Program-made: the position numbers and the translations under genes | Source: a virus | Virus record (IMG/VR): IMGVR_UViG_3300025534_000213 | Span: 65,576 to 129,575 of that record | Strand: one strand, 5' to 3' | Length of the DNA stretch: 64,000 nt | Notes under the pieces: model-generated | Told to the model about the DNA's origin: nothing | Databases searched by the model: none | What the model saw: the letters and a program-made list of their open reading frames with translations, nothing else | Part shown: positions 1-9,211 of the stretch, in pieces | Numbering within the stretch: the stretch's first letter is position 1 | How the letters are laid out: every line of letters begins with the position of its first letter

Positions 1-1440
1 GCGAGCGCGGCCACGGACCACCAGATCGCCCGCCTCGAAGCGGAGGCGGCGCGGTATCTGCGGGATGCGGAGACCGGCACCGATCCGCAGATCGCCCGCC
101 TTGAGGCCGAGGCCGAACGGTGCGACGCGGAGGCCGAGAAGGGGATCGAGACGCAGGTTGCCCGGCTGGCGCAGCAGAAGGAACGCCTCGTCGGCGAGGC
201 TATGGATGCTTCCGACCGCGCGGATGCCCTGCGCGCCGAGCTTGAGGCGGTACGGGCGGAGATCGCCAATCCCGACGGCCACAAGTGCTCCACCTGCGGT
301 CAGGGTCTCAGCGGCACCGCGCATTTCGAGAAGATGAAGGCCGCCCTCGAAGCCAAGGCGGCGAGGATCGAGGCCGAGATGGACAAATTCTCGGCATTGG
401 CGGTCAAGCTGGCGGGTGACGCCGAGGCCATCGACACCGAGGTCGAGACGCTGCTGGCGGACCATGCCGCGCAGCAGCAGGCTTTGCGCGACAAGGCAGC
501 GGCGATCCGCGCCGAGGCCGAGCGGGCGCGGGAGGCGCTGGACCTTCGCCGGGAGGAATGGCGGAAACAGGCGGAGGCCATCGGCGCCGAGATCGAGGCT
601 GCCCGCACGGCGCTCGCCGAGCGGCAGGCGGAGCTTTCGGAGAAGGCCCGCGAGCTTCGGACCGAGGCCGCCCGCCTCGATGCGGCGCTGGCCGAGAAGG
701 AGGTGCTGGCGCAGGAGATCGCCGCTTCCGTCGCGCTGCTGGGTCCCCGGCCGACGACCGCCTTCCGGTCGCGGGAGGAGGTCTGGAAGCTGCGTGAGAC
801 GAAGGAAGCCCTGCTGCGGGACCTCGAACGCGAGGCCGAGCGCGAGAACCCGCACGAAGGCAACATCGCCTCGCTGCGTTCGACCTTGCAGGCGGTGGAC
901 TATGAGCCGCTGAATGCCCTGACCCTGCGGCTCAAGCATGAGGAGTTCCTGCTCAAGTTGCTTAGCGGCAAGGACAGCTTCATCCGCAAGAAAATCGTGG
1001 ACCAGAACCTCGCCTACCTGAATGGGCGCCTGCACCATTACCTTGAGAAACTGGCCCTGCCGCACGAGGTCCGCTTCCTGCCCGATCTCACCACTGAAAT
1101 CAGCCTGCTTGGCAAAGACCTCGACTTCGAGCAGCTTTCGCGCGGCGAGATGAACCGCGTGATACTGGCTACCTCATGGGCGTTCCGCGATGTCTGGGAA
1201 TCCCTGAACGACACCGTAAACCTCGTTTTCGTGGATGAGATGCTCGATCAGGGCTTCGACGGCGCGGGCGTGGAATCGGCGGCCGAGGTGCTCAAGGAGT
1301 TCAGCAAGACGCGGGGCAAGTCGGTATTCGTCATCAGCCACCGGGACGACATGATCGCCCGCGCGGACAATATCCTGCTGGTCACGAAGCAGGACAATTT
1401 CACCGGGCTCGAAATGCAGGATGCCGCCAAGGCGGCCTGA
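1..1440 (+). CDS. gp46: Rad50/SbcC-like (T4 gp46-like) recombination nuclease ATPase subunit, C-terminal part (5' end outside window)
   Basis: Frame 1 is open from base 1. Coiled coil, CSTC zinc-hook motif, ABC signature LSRGE, Walker B VFVDE, H-loop VISH. Confidence 0.9.
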   Translation, partial: ASAATDHQIARLEAEAARYLRDAETGTDPQIARLEAEAERCDAEAEKGIETQVARLAQQKERLVGEAMDASDRADALRAELEAVRAEIANPDGHKCSTCGQGLSGTAHFEKMKAALEAKAARIEAEMDKFSALAVKLAGDAEAIDTEVETLLADHAAQQQALRDKAAAIRAEAERAREALDLRREEWRKQAEAIGAEIEAARTALAERQAELSEKARELRTEAARLDAALAEKEVLAQEIAASVALLGPRPTTAFRSREEVWKLRETKEALLRDLEREAERENPHEGNIASLRSTLQAVDYEPLNALTLRLKHEEFLLKLLSGKDSFIRKKIVDQNLAYLNGRLHHYLEKLALPHEVRFLPDLTTEISLLGKDLDFEQLSRGEMNRVILATSWAFRDVWESLNDTVNLVFVDEMLDQGFDGAGVESAAEVLKEFSKTRGKSVFVISHRDDMIARADNILLVTKQDNFTGLEMQDAAKAA

Positions 1441-1501
1441 ACCCCACGGGGCCTGCCCGTGTCATCCCGGTGCGGGCAGGCCCCATGCCACAAAAATTCG
1501 G

Positions 1502-1529
1502 TGGACAGTTCTGAATTATGTGGTAGCAC
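1502..1529 (+). promoter_or_regulatory. Sigma70-type (early) promoter
   Basis: TGGACA-16 nt-TAGCAC with GG before the -10 box, ending 7 nt before the ATG at 1537 (possibly leaderless). Confidence 0.5.
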
Positions 1530-1536
1530 TGGTTCC

Positions 1537-2439
1537 ATGACGAACCTGTCCGATGACCATCCCGCGCCCAAGACCCGACGCCCCCTGAAAAAAGGCGTCG
1601 TGCAGGCGATCCTTGCCGTCCAGCAGGAGGTCGGGGTCCTCGTCAAGACCGACCGAAACCGGTTCGCGCACTATGATTTCGTCCCCATCGACACCTACTA
1701 CGAGCAGGTGGCGCCGCTCGCCGCCAAGCATGGGCTGTCGTGGAAGGTGAACCTGCTGAACGCCAAGCGGTTCGATGGTGATCTCTACTTCGACGTGGTG
1801 GTGGACCTGATCTTCCGCGACAGCCGGGGAGAGGAGTGGGAGTATCCGGGCTATGCCCAGATGGCGATCTTCCACCAGTATATCGGCCCGCAGACCACCG
1901 GATCAGCGTCGAGCTACGCCAACAAGGCGTTCATGCGGGACCTGTTCAAAATCCCGGCGACCGGCGAGCCGGACCCGGATGCCCTGCCGCAGCCGCCTCG
2001 GGTGCGCTCCCGGCCGGTGCCGATGCGCGAGGTCAAGGCCGGGGCGGACCTGCCGCCCGTGGAGCATGACGGCTATGGCGCCCATCTGGTCGATCCGCCC
2101 AAGGACCCGCCCTTCGACCCGGCGCGGTTCGAGCGGGAGATGGTCGGCTTCGCCAGCGAGTCCCGCTCGCAGACCGAGCTTGAGCGCCACTGGTTGGAAC
2201 GGCGGCCGGTCCTCATCGAGATGGAGGTCAAGGACCCGGAGCGGTATGCGCGGATCAAGGCGGCCTTCGCGGGCCGCAAGGATGTCCTGTTGAAGCAGGC
2301 GAAGGCGGCGGCACCCCAGACCGAGGCCCCGGTCAAACCCCGTCCGGTTCCGCCCGAGGTCTCGGATACGGCGCCGGGCATGGCAAGCAGGCTGCGGCGG
2401 GTGATGCGCCCGATCAGCGAAGTCCGACCGGGACGCTGA
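1537..2439 (+). CDS. ERF-family single-strand annealing protein
   Basis: KTDRNRFAHYDF and GSASSYANKAFMRDLFKIP..GEPDPD match ERF superfamily motifs; Pro-rich C-terminal tail. Confidence 0.75.
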   Translation: MTNLSDDHPAPKTRRPLKKGVVQAILAVQQEVGVLVKTDRNRFAHYDFVPIDTYYEQVAPLAAKHGLSWKVNLLNAKRFDGDLYFDVVVDLIFRDSRGEEWEYPGYAQMAIFHQYIGPQTTGSASSYANKAFMRDLFKIPATGEPDPDALPQPPRVRSRPVPMREVKAGADLPPVEHDGYGAHLVDPPKDPPFDPARFEREMVGFASESRSQTELERHWLERRPVLIEMEVKDPERYARIKAAFAGRKDVLLKQAKAAAPQTEAPVKPRPVPPEVSDTAPGMASRLRRVMRPISEVRPGR

Positions 2440-2517
2440 GTCGCGAGGCCGGGCGGGCGCTTAACGCGGCGCCCGCCCGTGGTATAGCGCGCCGGGGGAT
2501 TCGTTTCAGAGGGCGGA

Positions 2518-2910
2518 ATGCCGATCACCGACAAGGACATCGCCAACCTCGTGGCCGATCTGCATGACGCCTATGAACGCGCCGTGACCGACCTGCGCGA
2601 GATCAGGGAGCGCATGGCCCGGCTCGGCATCACCGTCCGGGACAAGAAGCCAGTCAAGCGCAAGGCCAGCAGACCGGCGCCCCGCACGGGGAAGGCAGCC
2701 CCGACCCTGAAAGGCTGGCTGCGCATGGCGCTTCGTGATGGCGTACTCCCCCAGCCGACCGACTATCTCCACATCTCGCCGAGAATCATCGAGCAGGCCA
2801 AGCAAAGCGGTTTCATCGAGGGGGATGCTCACCCCTACCGATGCACAGCGGCGGGCAGGGCGTTTGCGAAGCGCAAAAGGCGTTTTCCGCGCCCGCAGGC
2901 ATCATCCTGA
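2518..2910 (+). CDS. Hypothetical basic protein
   Basis: ORF with RBS-like GAGGG and a TTTCAGA motif upstream. Confidence 0.65.
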   Translation: MPITDKDIANLVADLHDAYERAVTDLREIRERMARLGITVRDKKPVKRKASRPAPRTGKAAPTLKGWLRMALRDGVLPQPTDYLHISPRIIEQAKQSGFIEGDAHPYRCTAAGRAFAKRKRRFPRPQASS

Positions 2911-2923
2911 CGCGGCGGACCGC

Positions 2924-3442
2924 TCACCTTGCCTTTCTGAGGATGGCCTCGCGGTTGTCCTCAAGGAACCGGGCCAGATCAGTGACGCGGAATTTGCCGT
3001 GGGCGCCCTCGTAGACGCAGTGGTTGCCGAGGAGGTAGTCGGGACAATCCACCTCGGGCACCGCGACGAACCAGCCGGTGCGGCTGATCTTGAAGCAGAC
3101 CAGCATCACATCGCCCTCGTCCACGATGTCGAGGGTCTGCTTAATCCATTCGTCAAGCTGCTTGCACGGACCGGGCTGGAGTAGCTGATGGAAGCGGAAT
3201 TCGCTGTAGTTCTTGCACTCGACGACCAGCTTCGTGAGATGGTCCGGGGGCACGATGTCGCCCTTGAGGCTTTGCGTCTGGTTCGCCGAAAGCACCGCCT
3301 TGCGGAACACGTTCTTGCCGCCCACGAAGGCACCGCTGTTGTTGCTGCGGATGAATGACCCGCCCAGTGCCTTCCCCAGCATCTTGCAGAGTTCAAGTTC
3401 GCCGGAATTGCCTTTCCGCTTGGATTTTGCGCCGCCGCTCAT
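2924..3442 (-). CDS. Holliday junction resolvase (Hjc-like PD-(D/E)XK nuclease)
   Basis: SKRKGNSGELEL...GDIV...VECKNY motif; late-promoter-like ATAAATA upstream. Confidence 0.8.
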   Translation of the reverse strand: MSGGAKSKRKGNSGELELCKMLGKALGGSFIRSNNSGAFVGGKNVFRKAVLSANQTQSLKGDIVPPDHLTKLVVECKNYSEFRFHQLLQPGPCKQLDEWIKQTLDIVDEGDVMLVCFKISRTGWFVAVPEVDCPDYLLGNHCVYEGAHGKFRVTDLARFLEDNREAILRKAR

Positions 3443-3466
3443 GATGGTTACACCAAGTTATAGCGG

Positions 3467-3473
3467 TATTTAT
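3467..3473 (-). promoter_or_regulatory. T4-like late promoter -10 element (ATAAATA)
   Basis: NTAAATA motif 25 nt upstream of the resolvase start. Confidence 0.6.
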
Positions 3474-3543
3474 CGACGGCGTTTTCTGGTTCCATTCGGC
3501 GAGAGGCCGTGCTACCTAGGGCACCTGCTGGAAGGGCATTTCA

Positions 3544-3816
3544 ATGAGACAGATTTTGAGCAGTATCTTCGAGGCGCTTTCCGACCTGATGGGGATGATA
3601 GTCATCGCCCTGTTCCTGATCTCGATCACCGTCTATGGCAGTGGACTGGCGCTGTTCGCCCTGCTGCGCGGACGCCCGCACGAGGCAGTGGCGCTGCTGC
3701 GGTGGGTCGGGCGCATGATCGGCGCGCTGTTGATCCTCGAAGCGACGATCCTGAGCCGCGATCCCGTGCGCATCCGGGAGCGCGCCAATGCCATTGGAGC
3801 CCTTCTGCGTCCCTGA
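3544..3816 (+). CDS. Small membrane protein
   Basis: Two hydrophobic segments. Confidence 0.6.
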   Translation: MRQILSSIFEALSDLMGMIVIALFLISITVYGSGLALFALLRGRPHEAVALLRWVGRMIGALLILEATILSRDPVRIRERANAIGALLRP

Positions 3817-3834
3817 GATATCGAAGGTTCGGTC

Positions 3835-4158
3835 GTGGGTAATCGGGTCGGCAGCGAGCGCGAGCTTGCCATCGAGCGCGCCGTCAAGCGGATGCGCCGG
3901 GACAACTGGCGCGAGACCCGCAACCATGACGTGGCGGCGATCCGCAAGCAGCTTCGGCGCAATGTGGCGATGGCCTGTCCGGAACTGACGAGTGCCGAGG
4001 TCGATCTGGTGGCGGAGACCCTCTGGGAACGCATCTTCCGGCCGCACCGCCCTGCCAGTTACCCGGAACCGGCTTTGAACAGCATTCCCGCCTCGGTCAT
4101 GCAGGCGCGCAAAGCGCAACGCAGGGCCACGAAAGCGGGTCTCAGGAGCAGGAGATAG
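3835..4158 (+). CDS. Hypothetical protein
   Basis: Fills the gap between neighbours; its stop abuts the next RBS/ATG. Confidence 0.5.
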   Translation: MGNRVGSERELAIERAVKRMRRDNWRETRNHDVAAIRKQLRRNVAMACPELTSAEVDLVAETLWERIFRPHRPASYPEPALNSIPASVMQARKAQRRATKAGLRSRR

Positions 4159-4159
4159 G

Positions 4160-4537
4160 ATGCAGGTCTATTTCGACGGGGGCGCGGCCCCCAGCAATCC
4201 CGGCCCGATGCATGTCGGCCTCGTGGTCGTCGGCGGCGATAAGCACTTCCAGACGCTCGGACACGGGACCAACAATCTGGCCGAGTGGGTTGCGCTGATC
4301 TGGGCCATGGAGATGGCTCGCGCCGCCGGGGCCAGCGAGGTGGAACTGATCGGCGACAGCGAATTGATCGTCAAGCAGGCGAACGGCCTCTACAGGGTCA
4401 AGGCGGCCGAGTTCCGGCCCTTCAAGGCCGAATTCGACCGGCTCAAGGACCTCTTTCGGCGGGTCGAGGTCCGCTACGTCCCGCGAAGCAGGAATCTCGC
4501 CGGGAAGCATATTGAAGCGATGCTGAAACTGCGATAA
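4160..4537 (+). CDS. Ribonuclease HI-family protein
   Basis: YFDGG..NPG, TNNLAEWVAL and IGDSELIV carry the catalytic D/E/D. Confidence 0.9.
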   Translation: MQVYFDGGAAPSNPGPMHVGLVVVGGDKHFQTLGHGTNNLAEWVALIWAMEMARAAGASEVELIGDSELIVKQANGLYRVKAAEFRPFKAEFDRLKDLFRRVEVRYVPRSRNLAGKHIEAMLKLR

Positions 4538-4576
4538 AAACGTTTCCGTAATCTATTTTCAGAAAGGCACTTTTGA

Positions 4577-5122
4577 ATGCTCACTCGCGCAATTCTCGCG
4601 GCTGCATTGCTCCTCGGGCTCGCGGTCGCTCCGGCCGATGCAGCCAGCATCGTCATCAACGGCCGCACTTACACCGTCTCCGATTCCGACGCGGCTGATC
4701 TGGCTCGTGCGGCGGAGACGAAGCAGACTGCGCAGGCGGTCGAGACCATCGGCGAGTACGCCGAACTGGGACGCACCATCGGCATCGGCGTCGCCACTGC
4801 CGCGAAGGAACTGGGGATTGCCGTCAATGAGTTCGCCAGCACGCCCATCGGCGTCCTTGCGACCGGCATCATCGTCTGGAAACTGATGGGGAAGGCGGTC
4901 GTGGGCGCCCTGTGGCTGCTGATCGCCCTGCCGATTTGGTACATCACGTTCCGCCGGATGGCGATCTTCAAGCGGCGCGTGGAACGGGTGGACGACAAGG
5001 GCCGCAAAATCGTCGAGTACGATTACTATACGCCGTCCGATAACGTCGAGGAAATACGCTTCATGTTCGCCTTTGCTCTGGCGATAATCCTCGGCCTCGG
5101 TCTGATGTTGATGTTTGGCTGA
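4577..5122 (+). CDS. Membrane protein with signal peptide
   Basis: N-terminal signal-like segment plus several TM-like segments. Confidence 0.75.
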   Translation: MLTRAILAAALLLGLAVAPADAASIVINGRTYTVSDSDAADLARAAETKQTAQAVETIGEYAELGRTIGIGVATAAKELGIAVNEFASTPIGVLATGIIVWKLMGKAVVGALWLLIALPIWYITFRRMAIFKRRVERVDDKGRKIVEYDYYTPSDNVEEIRFMFAFALAIILGLGLMLMFG

Positions 5123-5142
5123 GACCGGCAGGTCCCGTGCCC

Positions 5143-5173
5143 GGCCCGGAGGAGCGATCCTCCGGGCCTTTTT
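5143..5173 (+). terminator. Rho-independent terminator
   Basis: 11-bp stem GGCCCGGAGGA/TCCTCCGGGCC, GCGA loop, T5 tail. Confidence 0.8.
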
Positions 5174-5215
5174 CGTGCCTGCGGAGCGCGCGCAAAGGCG
5201 CTCGACGCGTTCCAG

Positions 5216-5578
5216 TCAGCCCTCGTCGGCAGCCCAGACCAGACGATAGTGGACGCTGTCCTGTTCGGTCAGGAGGGTGATGCCACCCCGGCTGTATCGC
5301 CACGGGCCGGATAGGTTCTCGACGATCCAGACAAGACGCGCGGCCACCTCCTTCGGCCTGAGGCCATGCGTCCGGAAATTGTCGCCATGGCCGAGGAACT
5401 GGAAGCGGGGGAGGTCGGAGAGGCGCCGCGTGCCGCGTAGCCATTCGGGCGGGGGATCGCCGAGTTCGGCGATGCGAATGAGGTTCTGGTCCACCCGGTT
5501 CAGGGGATGGCCGAAGAACGCCTCCAAATGGGTGGCCTGCCTGAGCACGCGCAGCGTCACGCTGGTCGAATTCCCCAT
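5216..5578 (-). CDS. Hypothetical protein, EW...DAxxFxLxW family
   Basis: C-terminus WIVENLSGPW...TEQDSVHYRLVW. Confidence 0.7.
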   Translation of the reverse strand: MGNSTSVTLRVLRQATHLEAFFGHPLNRVDQNLIRIAELGDPPPEWLRGTRRLSDLPRFQFLGHGDNFRTHGLRPKEVAARLVWIVENLSGPWRYSRGGITLLTEQDSVHYRLVWAADEG

Positions 5579-5633
5579 GGCTGTCCCGCTGACGTGGCGC
5601 ATGGCGTGACCATGCCAGCGGGCAGGACAATAC

Positions 5634-5885
5634 TCAAGTCGGAGCGTTCGGCGCCGTGAGCAGGTGCCGCTCCACCGCCGCCATGGCGGCGGTGAGCGTG
5701 GGGAAGGTGGTCTTGCCTTGGAACAGCTTGCCGCCCTCCGTGGCGGCGTTGAGCCTCGGCACGCTGACCTGCCAGACACCGTGGACGCGCCGGTCCTTGA
5801 TGGCGCCGACCGGCTTGCCGTCGAGCCGCACGGTCAGCCCCAGCGGACCCTTGCGAAAGGTGACGCGCGGTGGTGCCTTGCCCAT
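5634..5885 (-). CDS. Hypothetical protein
   Basis: Compact ORF with typical codon usage. Confidence 0.65.
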   Translation of the reverse strand: MGKAPPRVTFRKGPLGLTVRLDGKPVGAIKDRRVHGVWQVSVPRLNAATEGGKLFQGKTTFPTLTAAMAAVERHLLTAPNAPT

Positions 5886-6010
5886 GCCCTGCGCTCCGAA
5901 GGTGGATGGCGCCCACGGTCGGGTACGATCCGACACCCCCGATTTTAGAGATCGGTCCTCTGCCAGTTGAGGTACGCGGGCGTGAGATGTAGATAACAGG
6001 GGAAAGGCGG

Positions 6011-6261
6011 TTAGGTCAACCGGAATTGTCCGGTGCTGTCGGCCTCCGTCACGGTCCGGGGCGGGCTCGCCTCACAGGACGCGAAGTAGACGGCTACGCG
6101 AAGCCCCGCCACTGAGCCCAGAAGGTCCACCCCGTCGAACGTCCCGGCGAGTATCTGCGGCACGTACCCGATCACAAGGCCGCTCAGCACGAGCGACCGT
6201 CCGAGCGCGAAGCACGTCATCACTCCAGCAACAGGGCATCGATCCACGCAAACGGGTTCAT
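6011..6261 (-). pseudogene. Small membrane-protein gene with an apparent 1-nt frameshift
   Basis: MNPFAWIDALLL runs into TGA, and the next frame continues GVMTCFALGRSLVLSGLVIG. The span is 251 nt (one short of 252). Confidence 0.4.
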
Positions 6262-6286
6262 TCGGCTTCGCCCTCGGTCGGTTTCG

Positions 6287-6589
6287 TCACATGACGGCGT
6301 GCAGGAGGATGACGGCGCCAATGACGGCGCCCCAGACGAGACCCGCACCGAGGCGGGAAGAACGGGCGGGCATCCCCTCGGCGTCCGTGGCGCGCCGCCG
6401 CCTCGTCCACTGCTTTTCCGCCCCGTAGCTCAGCCCGGTGCCGGGAACGCCGACGCTGGCACGCAGGCCACGCGTGGAAATCCCCGCACTCGCACCGGGG
6501 ATGCGGGCGCTGATGCCGATGCCGCGCAGCCCGACATTGATCCCGAGATGCTTGGTCAGCCGGATGCGCTTCCTGAACCGCAGGCCCAT
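6287..6589 (-). CDS. DUF4236-like protein with C-terminal TM segment
   Basis: MGLRFRKRIRL...GLRASVGVPGTGLSY signature. Confidence 0.8.
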   Translation of the reverse strand: MGLRFRKRIRLTKHLGINVGLRGIGISARIPGASAGISTRGLRASVGVPGTGLSYGAEKQWTRRRRATDAEGMPARSSRLGAGLVWGAVIGAVILLHAVM

Positions 6590-6722
6590 GACGTGTCCTA
6601 CCTCCCTCTGTCTTGTACCGGGTCGTATCCGTGCATGGTGTTCCCGGTCGCTACGCGTACGCAACTGCTTTTGCGCCGCGCTCCATCGGGTACCATCCGG
6701 CGCCCCTCTATCCCGGCGGCGA

Positions 6723-7043
6723 TCAGCCGACCTCGATGCTGATCTCGCCCATGCACCTGCGGCCATTGGCGGCCTCGGGATGCGCCTTGATGATGGCATC
6801 ATAGGCGCGCTGGTAAGCGGCCTCCTGCCAAGCCCGGACCTTCTCGATCCGCTCGTCGCTCCCCGGCCGGAGCGCCGCCAATTCGGGAGGCAGGTTCCGC
6901 TCCGTGCCGACGCGGCCATACCACCGGCCCGGCTCGTCGGCGAAAGTGGTGACATTGGTGTGGTCGCCACTCAGGCTGCTCGGCACCCAGACGGAAAACA
7001 CGCGGGTCTTGGTGCCGATGATGTCAGTGGCGACGACGCGCAT
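6723..7043 (-). CDS. Hypothetical protein
   Basis: GGAGG RBS upstream. Confidence 0.75.
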   Translation of the reverse strand: MRVVATDIIGTKTRVFSVWVPSSLSGDHTNVTTFADEPGRWYGRVGTERNLPPELAALRPGSDERIEKVRAWQEAAYQRAYDAIIKAHPEAANGRRCMGEISIEVG

Positions 7044-7094
7044 AATGGCCTCCGATGTTGCGTTGGCCCCCTTCTACCACGAAAATGTGGTTCG

Positions 7095-7697
7095 TCAAAC
7101 TATAATTTTGGTTTCGGCCTTTTCCGGTTCAGCGGCTTCAAAACGAACCGGGACCTGCATCGCTCGCCGTGCCGGTGTGATGGTCGCCACCCCCTCCCGG
7201 TCGATGGCGAGACGACATCGCCGGAACCGGATCATCCCCTTGGTGGAGCCCCGTGGGGTCTCGCGGGTACTCCACGGCGCCTCGGCGTTCACATGGTTCA
7301 CATAGAAACTGCGGCCCTTCGCCTTCACCACCCACATGGGCAGGTCGGGCATTTCGAGGTGTCCCCGGTTGAAATGGAAATCGATGGTCGCGCAGTCCTC
7401 GAACACCAGCGGGAAGCTGTCCATCTGCTCGGCGATCTGCCTGCGGATACCCCTGATGCGGTCCCAGCGGGCGCGGGCCTCGCCGAGGAGGCCCATCATC
7501 TTGCGCCCCATGGCCCGCTGGAAATGGAGTTCGCGCTGGCGGGAGGAGCCATTGCCCTCCCGCTGCGTGGCCTTGGCGGCGTGCTTGGCCCGACGGATGG
7601 CCTGCGACAGGTCCTTGTAGACAATCCGCCACTGGTCGAGCCATCGGCGGTAGCCGTCGCGGTCCGCGAAAGTCGGCTTCATCGCATATGCGCTCAT
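7095..7697 (-). CDS. Hypothetical phage protein; N-terminal helical domain paralogous to 7713-8015
   Basis: FADRDGYRRWLDQWRIVYKDLSQAIR versus FTDRETYLAWRAEWRQTYRDLSKRIR. Confidence 0.75.
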   Translation of the reverse strand: MSAYAMKPTFADRDGYRRWLDQWRIVYKDLSQAIRRAKHAAKATQREGNGSSRQRELHFQRAMGRKMMGLLGEARARWDRIRGIRRQIAEQMDSFPLVFEDCATIDFHFNRGHLEMPDLPMWVVKAKGRSFYVNHVNAEAPWSTRETPRGSTKGMIRFRRCRLAIDREGVATITPARRAMQVPVRFEAAEPEKAETKIIV

Positions 7698-7712
7698 TCC
7701 GCCACCTCCGGG

Positions 7713-8015
7713 TCAGGCGGCAAAGGCGATCCGGGCGGCCTCGCGCTGGGCCTTGGCCGCCAGCTTGGAGGCGCGGCGCTCATCCAGCATGAAGAAGGCC
7801 GTGAGCCGGTCGCGGGCAAGGTTGTAGTGGTCCATATGCGTGACCGAACCGGTGCCCCGCGCGGCGTTCTTGATCGCGTTCTTGGTGTCGCGGATGCGCT
7901 TCGAGAGGTCGCGATAGGTCTGGCGCCACTCCGCGCGCCACGCGAGGTAGGTCTCGCGGTCGGTGAAGGTGAAGGTGAAGGTGTTGTTGGCCTCGGTGGT
8001 AATGGTGATGGTCAT
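7713..8015 (-). CDS. Hypothetical helical phage protein
   Basis: AAGGAG RBS; paralogous to the N-terminus of 7095-7697. Confidence 0.75.
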   Translation of the reverse strand: MTITITTEANNTFTFTFTDRETYLAWRAEWRQTYRDLSKRIRDTKNAIKNAARGTGSVTHMDHYNLARDRLTAFFMLDERRASKLAAKAQREAARIAFAA

Positions 8016-8061
8016 GAAAAGTCTCCTTTGAAAGGTCTTTGTGATCGGAAAGTATCTGGTT

Positions 8062-8394
8062 TCAGAACGTCGAGGTCGTCCAGCGCAGGCGGAAGTAGAC
8101 GGCATCGATCTGGTCCTCGAATTTCACGCCCACCGTGAAGGCGCAGCCCGAGGACCAGCCGACGCGTTCGTAGGCGCCCCGGCAATTGGCCGCGAGCCAC
8201 TCGTCCATCTCTTTCAGGGACGCGGCCGTATAGTTCTCGACCTTGATCAGGGACCATCCGTCCGGAAGTTTCCTGATGATCTCCTTATAGGCGCTCTCGT
8301 CCTCCCATTCGTCCTCGCCGAGGAAGTCATCGAGCGCGAGGTCATCATCCTCGTCCTCGGCCGCGTCGGCGGCCAAGCTGTCAATGGCATTCAT
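8062..8394 (-). CDS. Hypothetical protein, EW...DAxxFxLxW family, acidic N-terminus
   Basis: EMDEWLAANC...VKFEDQIDAVYFRLRW; GGAG RBS before ATG 8394. Confidence 0.8.
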   Translation of the reverse strand: MNAIDSLAADAAEDEDDDLALDDFLGEDEWEDESAYKEIIRKLPDGWSLIKVENYTAASLKEMDEWLAANCRGAYERVGWSSGCAFTVGVKFEDQIDAVYFRLRWTTSTF

Positions 8395-8415
8395 GATGTC
8401 GATTGCTCCAAAACG

Positions 8416-8450
8416 AAAAAAGCCGCACGCGACCATGCGCGTGCGGCTTT
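8416..8450 (-). terminator. Rho-independent terminator
   Basis: 11-bp stem AGCCGCACGCG/CGCGTGCGGCT with a T6 tail on the minus strand. Confidence 0.75.
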
Positions 8451-8602
8451 ACAGTCAGGGATACCCATGTCGCCATAGCTCAGCATCGGACGCAAGTCGG
8501 GCGTCCGGATGCCAGTGGAATCGATGGAGAGGTGAAGCTACAGCATGGGAGTTTGATACAGGAAGGAACCCATCCGTGTCAACGGAAAATCGGTGGGGAA
8601 CG

Positions 8603-8609
8603 TATTTAG
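8603..8609 (-). promoter_or_regulatory. Late promoter -10 element (CTAAATA)
   Basis: Same motif precedes the virion genes. Confidence 0.5.
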
Positions 8610-8672
8610 GTCGGTGCAAAAATCGCTTGACGGAACGAAAAGCCGGTATACCGTCGAGGCGTCCAGTGGGAG

Positions 8673-8993
8673 ATGCATATGGGCGTCCGACGCTTTGTCT
8701 CCGATGTGGCCTATTACATGCGGCCGAAGGAAATGATCATCAATCAGGTCCCCTATGATCCGGAGCGAGCGGCGCGCCAACACGCTGCCTTCGACGCCAT
8801 TTTGGACCAGTACGACTTCTCAATCATCAAGGACGACAACGACCGGGTGCTGGCGAGGCTGCAATGCTGCCTTACCGGGCAAAGCCCGGAGGAGTTCCTG
8901 CGCAAGCAGAAGAAGGAGAAGTTCAACGGCTTCCTGTTCACCCTGTTCCTGATCGGCGCGCCGATCCTCGCCATCCTCTACTTCCTGTTCTGA
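8673..8993 (+). CDS. Hypothetical protein with C-terminal TM helix
   Basis: Ends FLFTLFLIGAPILAILYFLF; start codon uncertain. Confidence 0.7.
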   Translation: MHMGVRRFVSDVAYYMRPKEMIINQVPYDPERAARQHAAFDAILDQYDFSIIKDDNDRVLARLQCCLTGQSPEEFLRKQKKEKFNGFLFTLFLIGAPILAILYFLF

Positions 8994-8995
8994 CC

Positions 8996-9211
8996 TCAGA
9001 GGAGTGGCAGGCCGGTTTCCTTGACCGCCTTCACCCGCTCCTCGATCAGCTTGAGGTAGTCCTGACGCTCCTCGTGGCTGAGCGTCCATGCCTCCTCGCG
9101 GGAGACGCTCCCGCGCATGTACCACATGATGTCGGCAATGGCGGCCCGGATGGTCTGGGCCTCCCGCCGGTACTCGGCCAGCAGTTGGTCAAGCTCCTCG
9201 CGGGTTTTCAC
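8996..9211 (-). CDS. Putative baseplate hub assembly protein (gp51-like)
   Basis: WYMRGSVSREEAWTLSHEER motif; GTGA overlap with the upstream hub gene. Confidence 0.65.
   Translation of the reverse strand: MKTREELDQLLAEYRREAQTIRAAIADIMWYMRGSVSREEAWTLSHEERQDYLKLIEERVKAVKETGLPLL

Noticed and set aside
8538-8783. 81-aa minus-strand ORF
   Set aside because: It overlaps a better-supported plus-strand gene and a promoter motif; no recognisable features.
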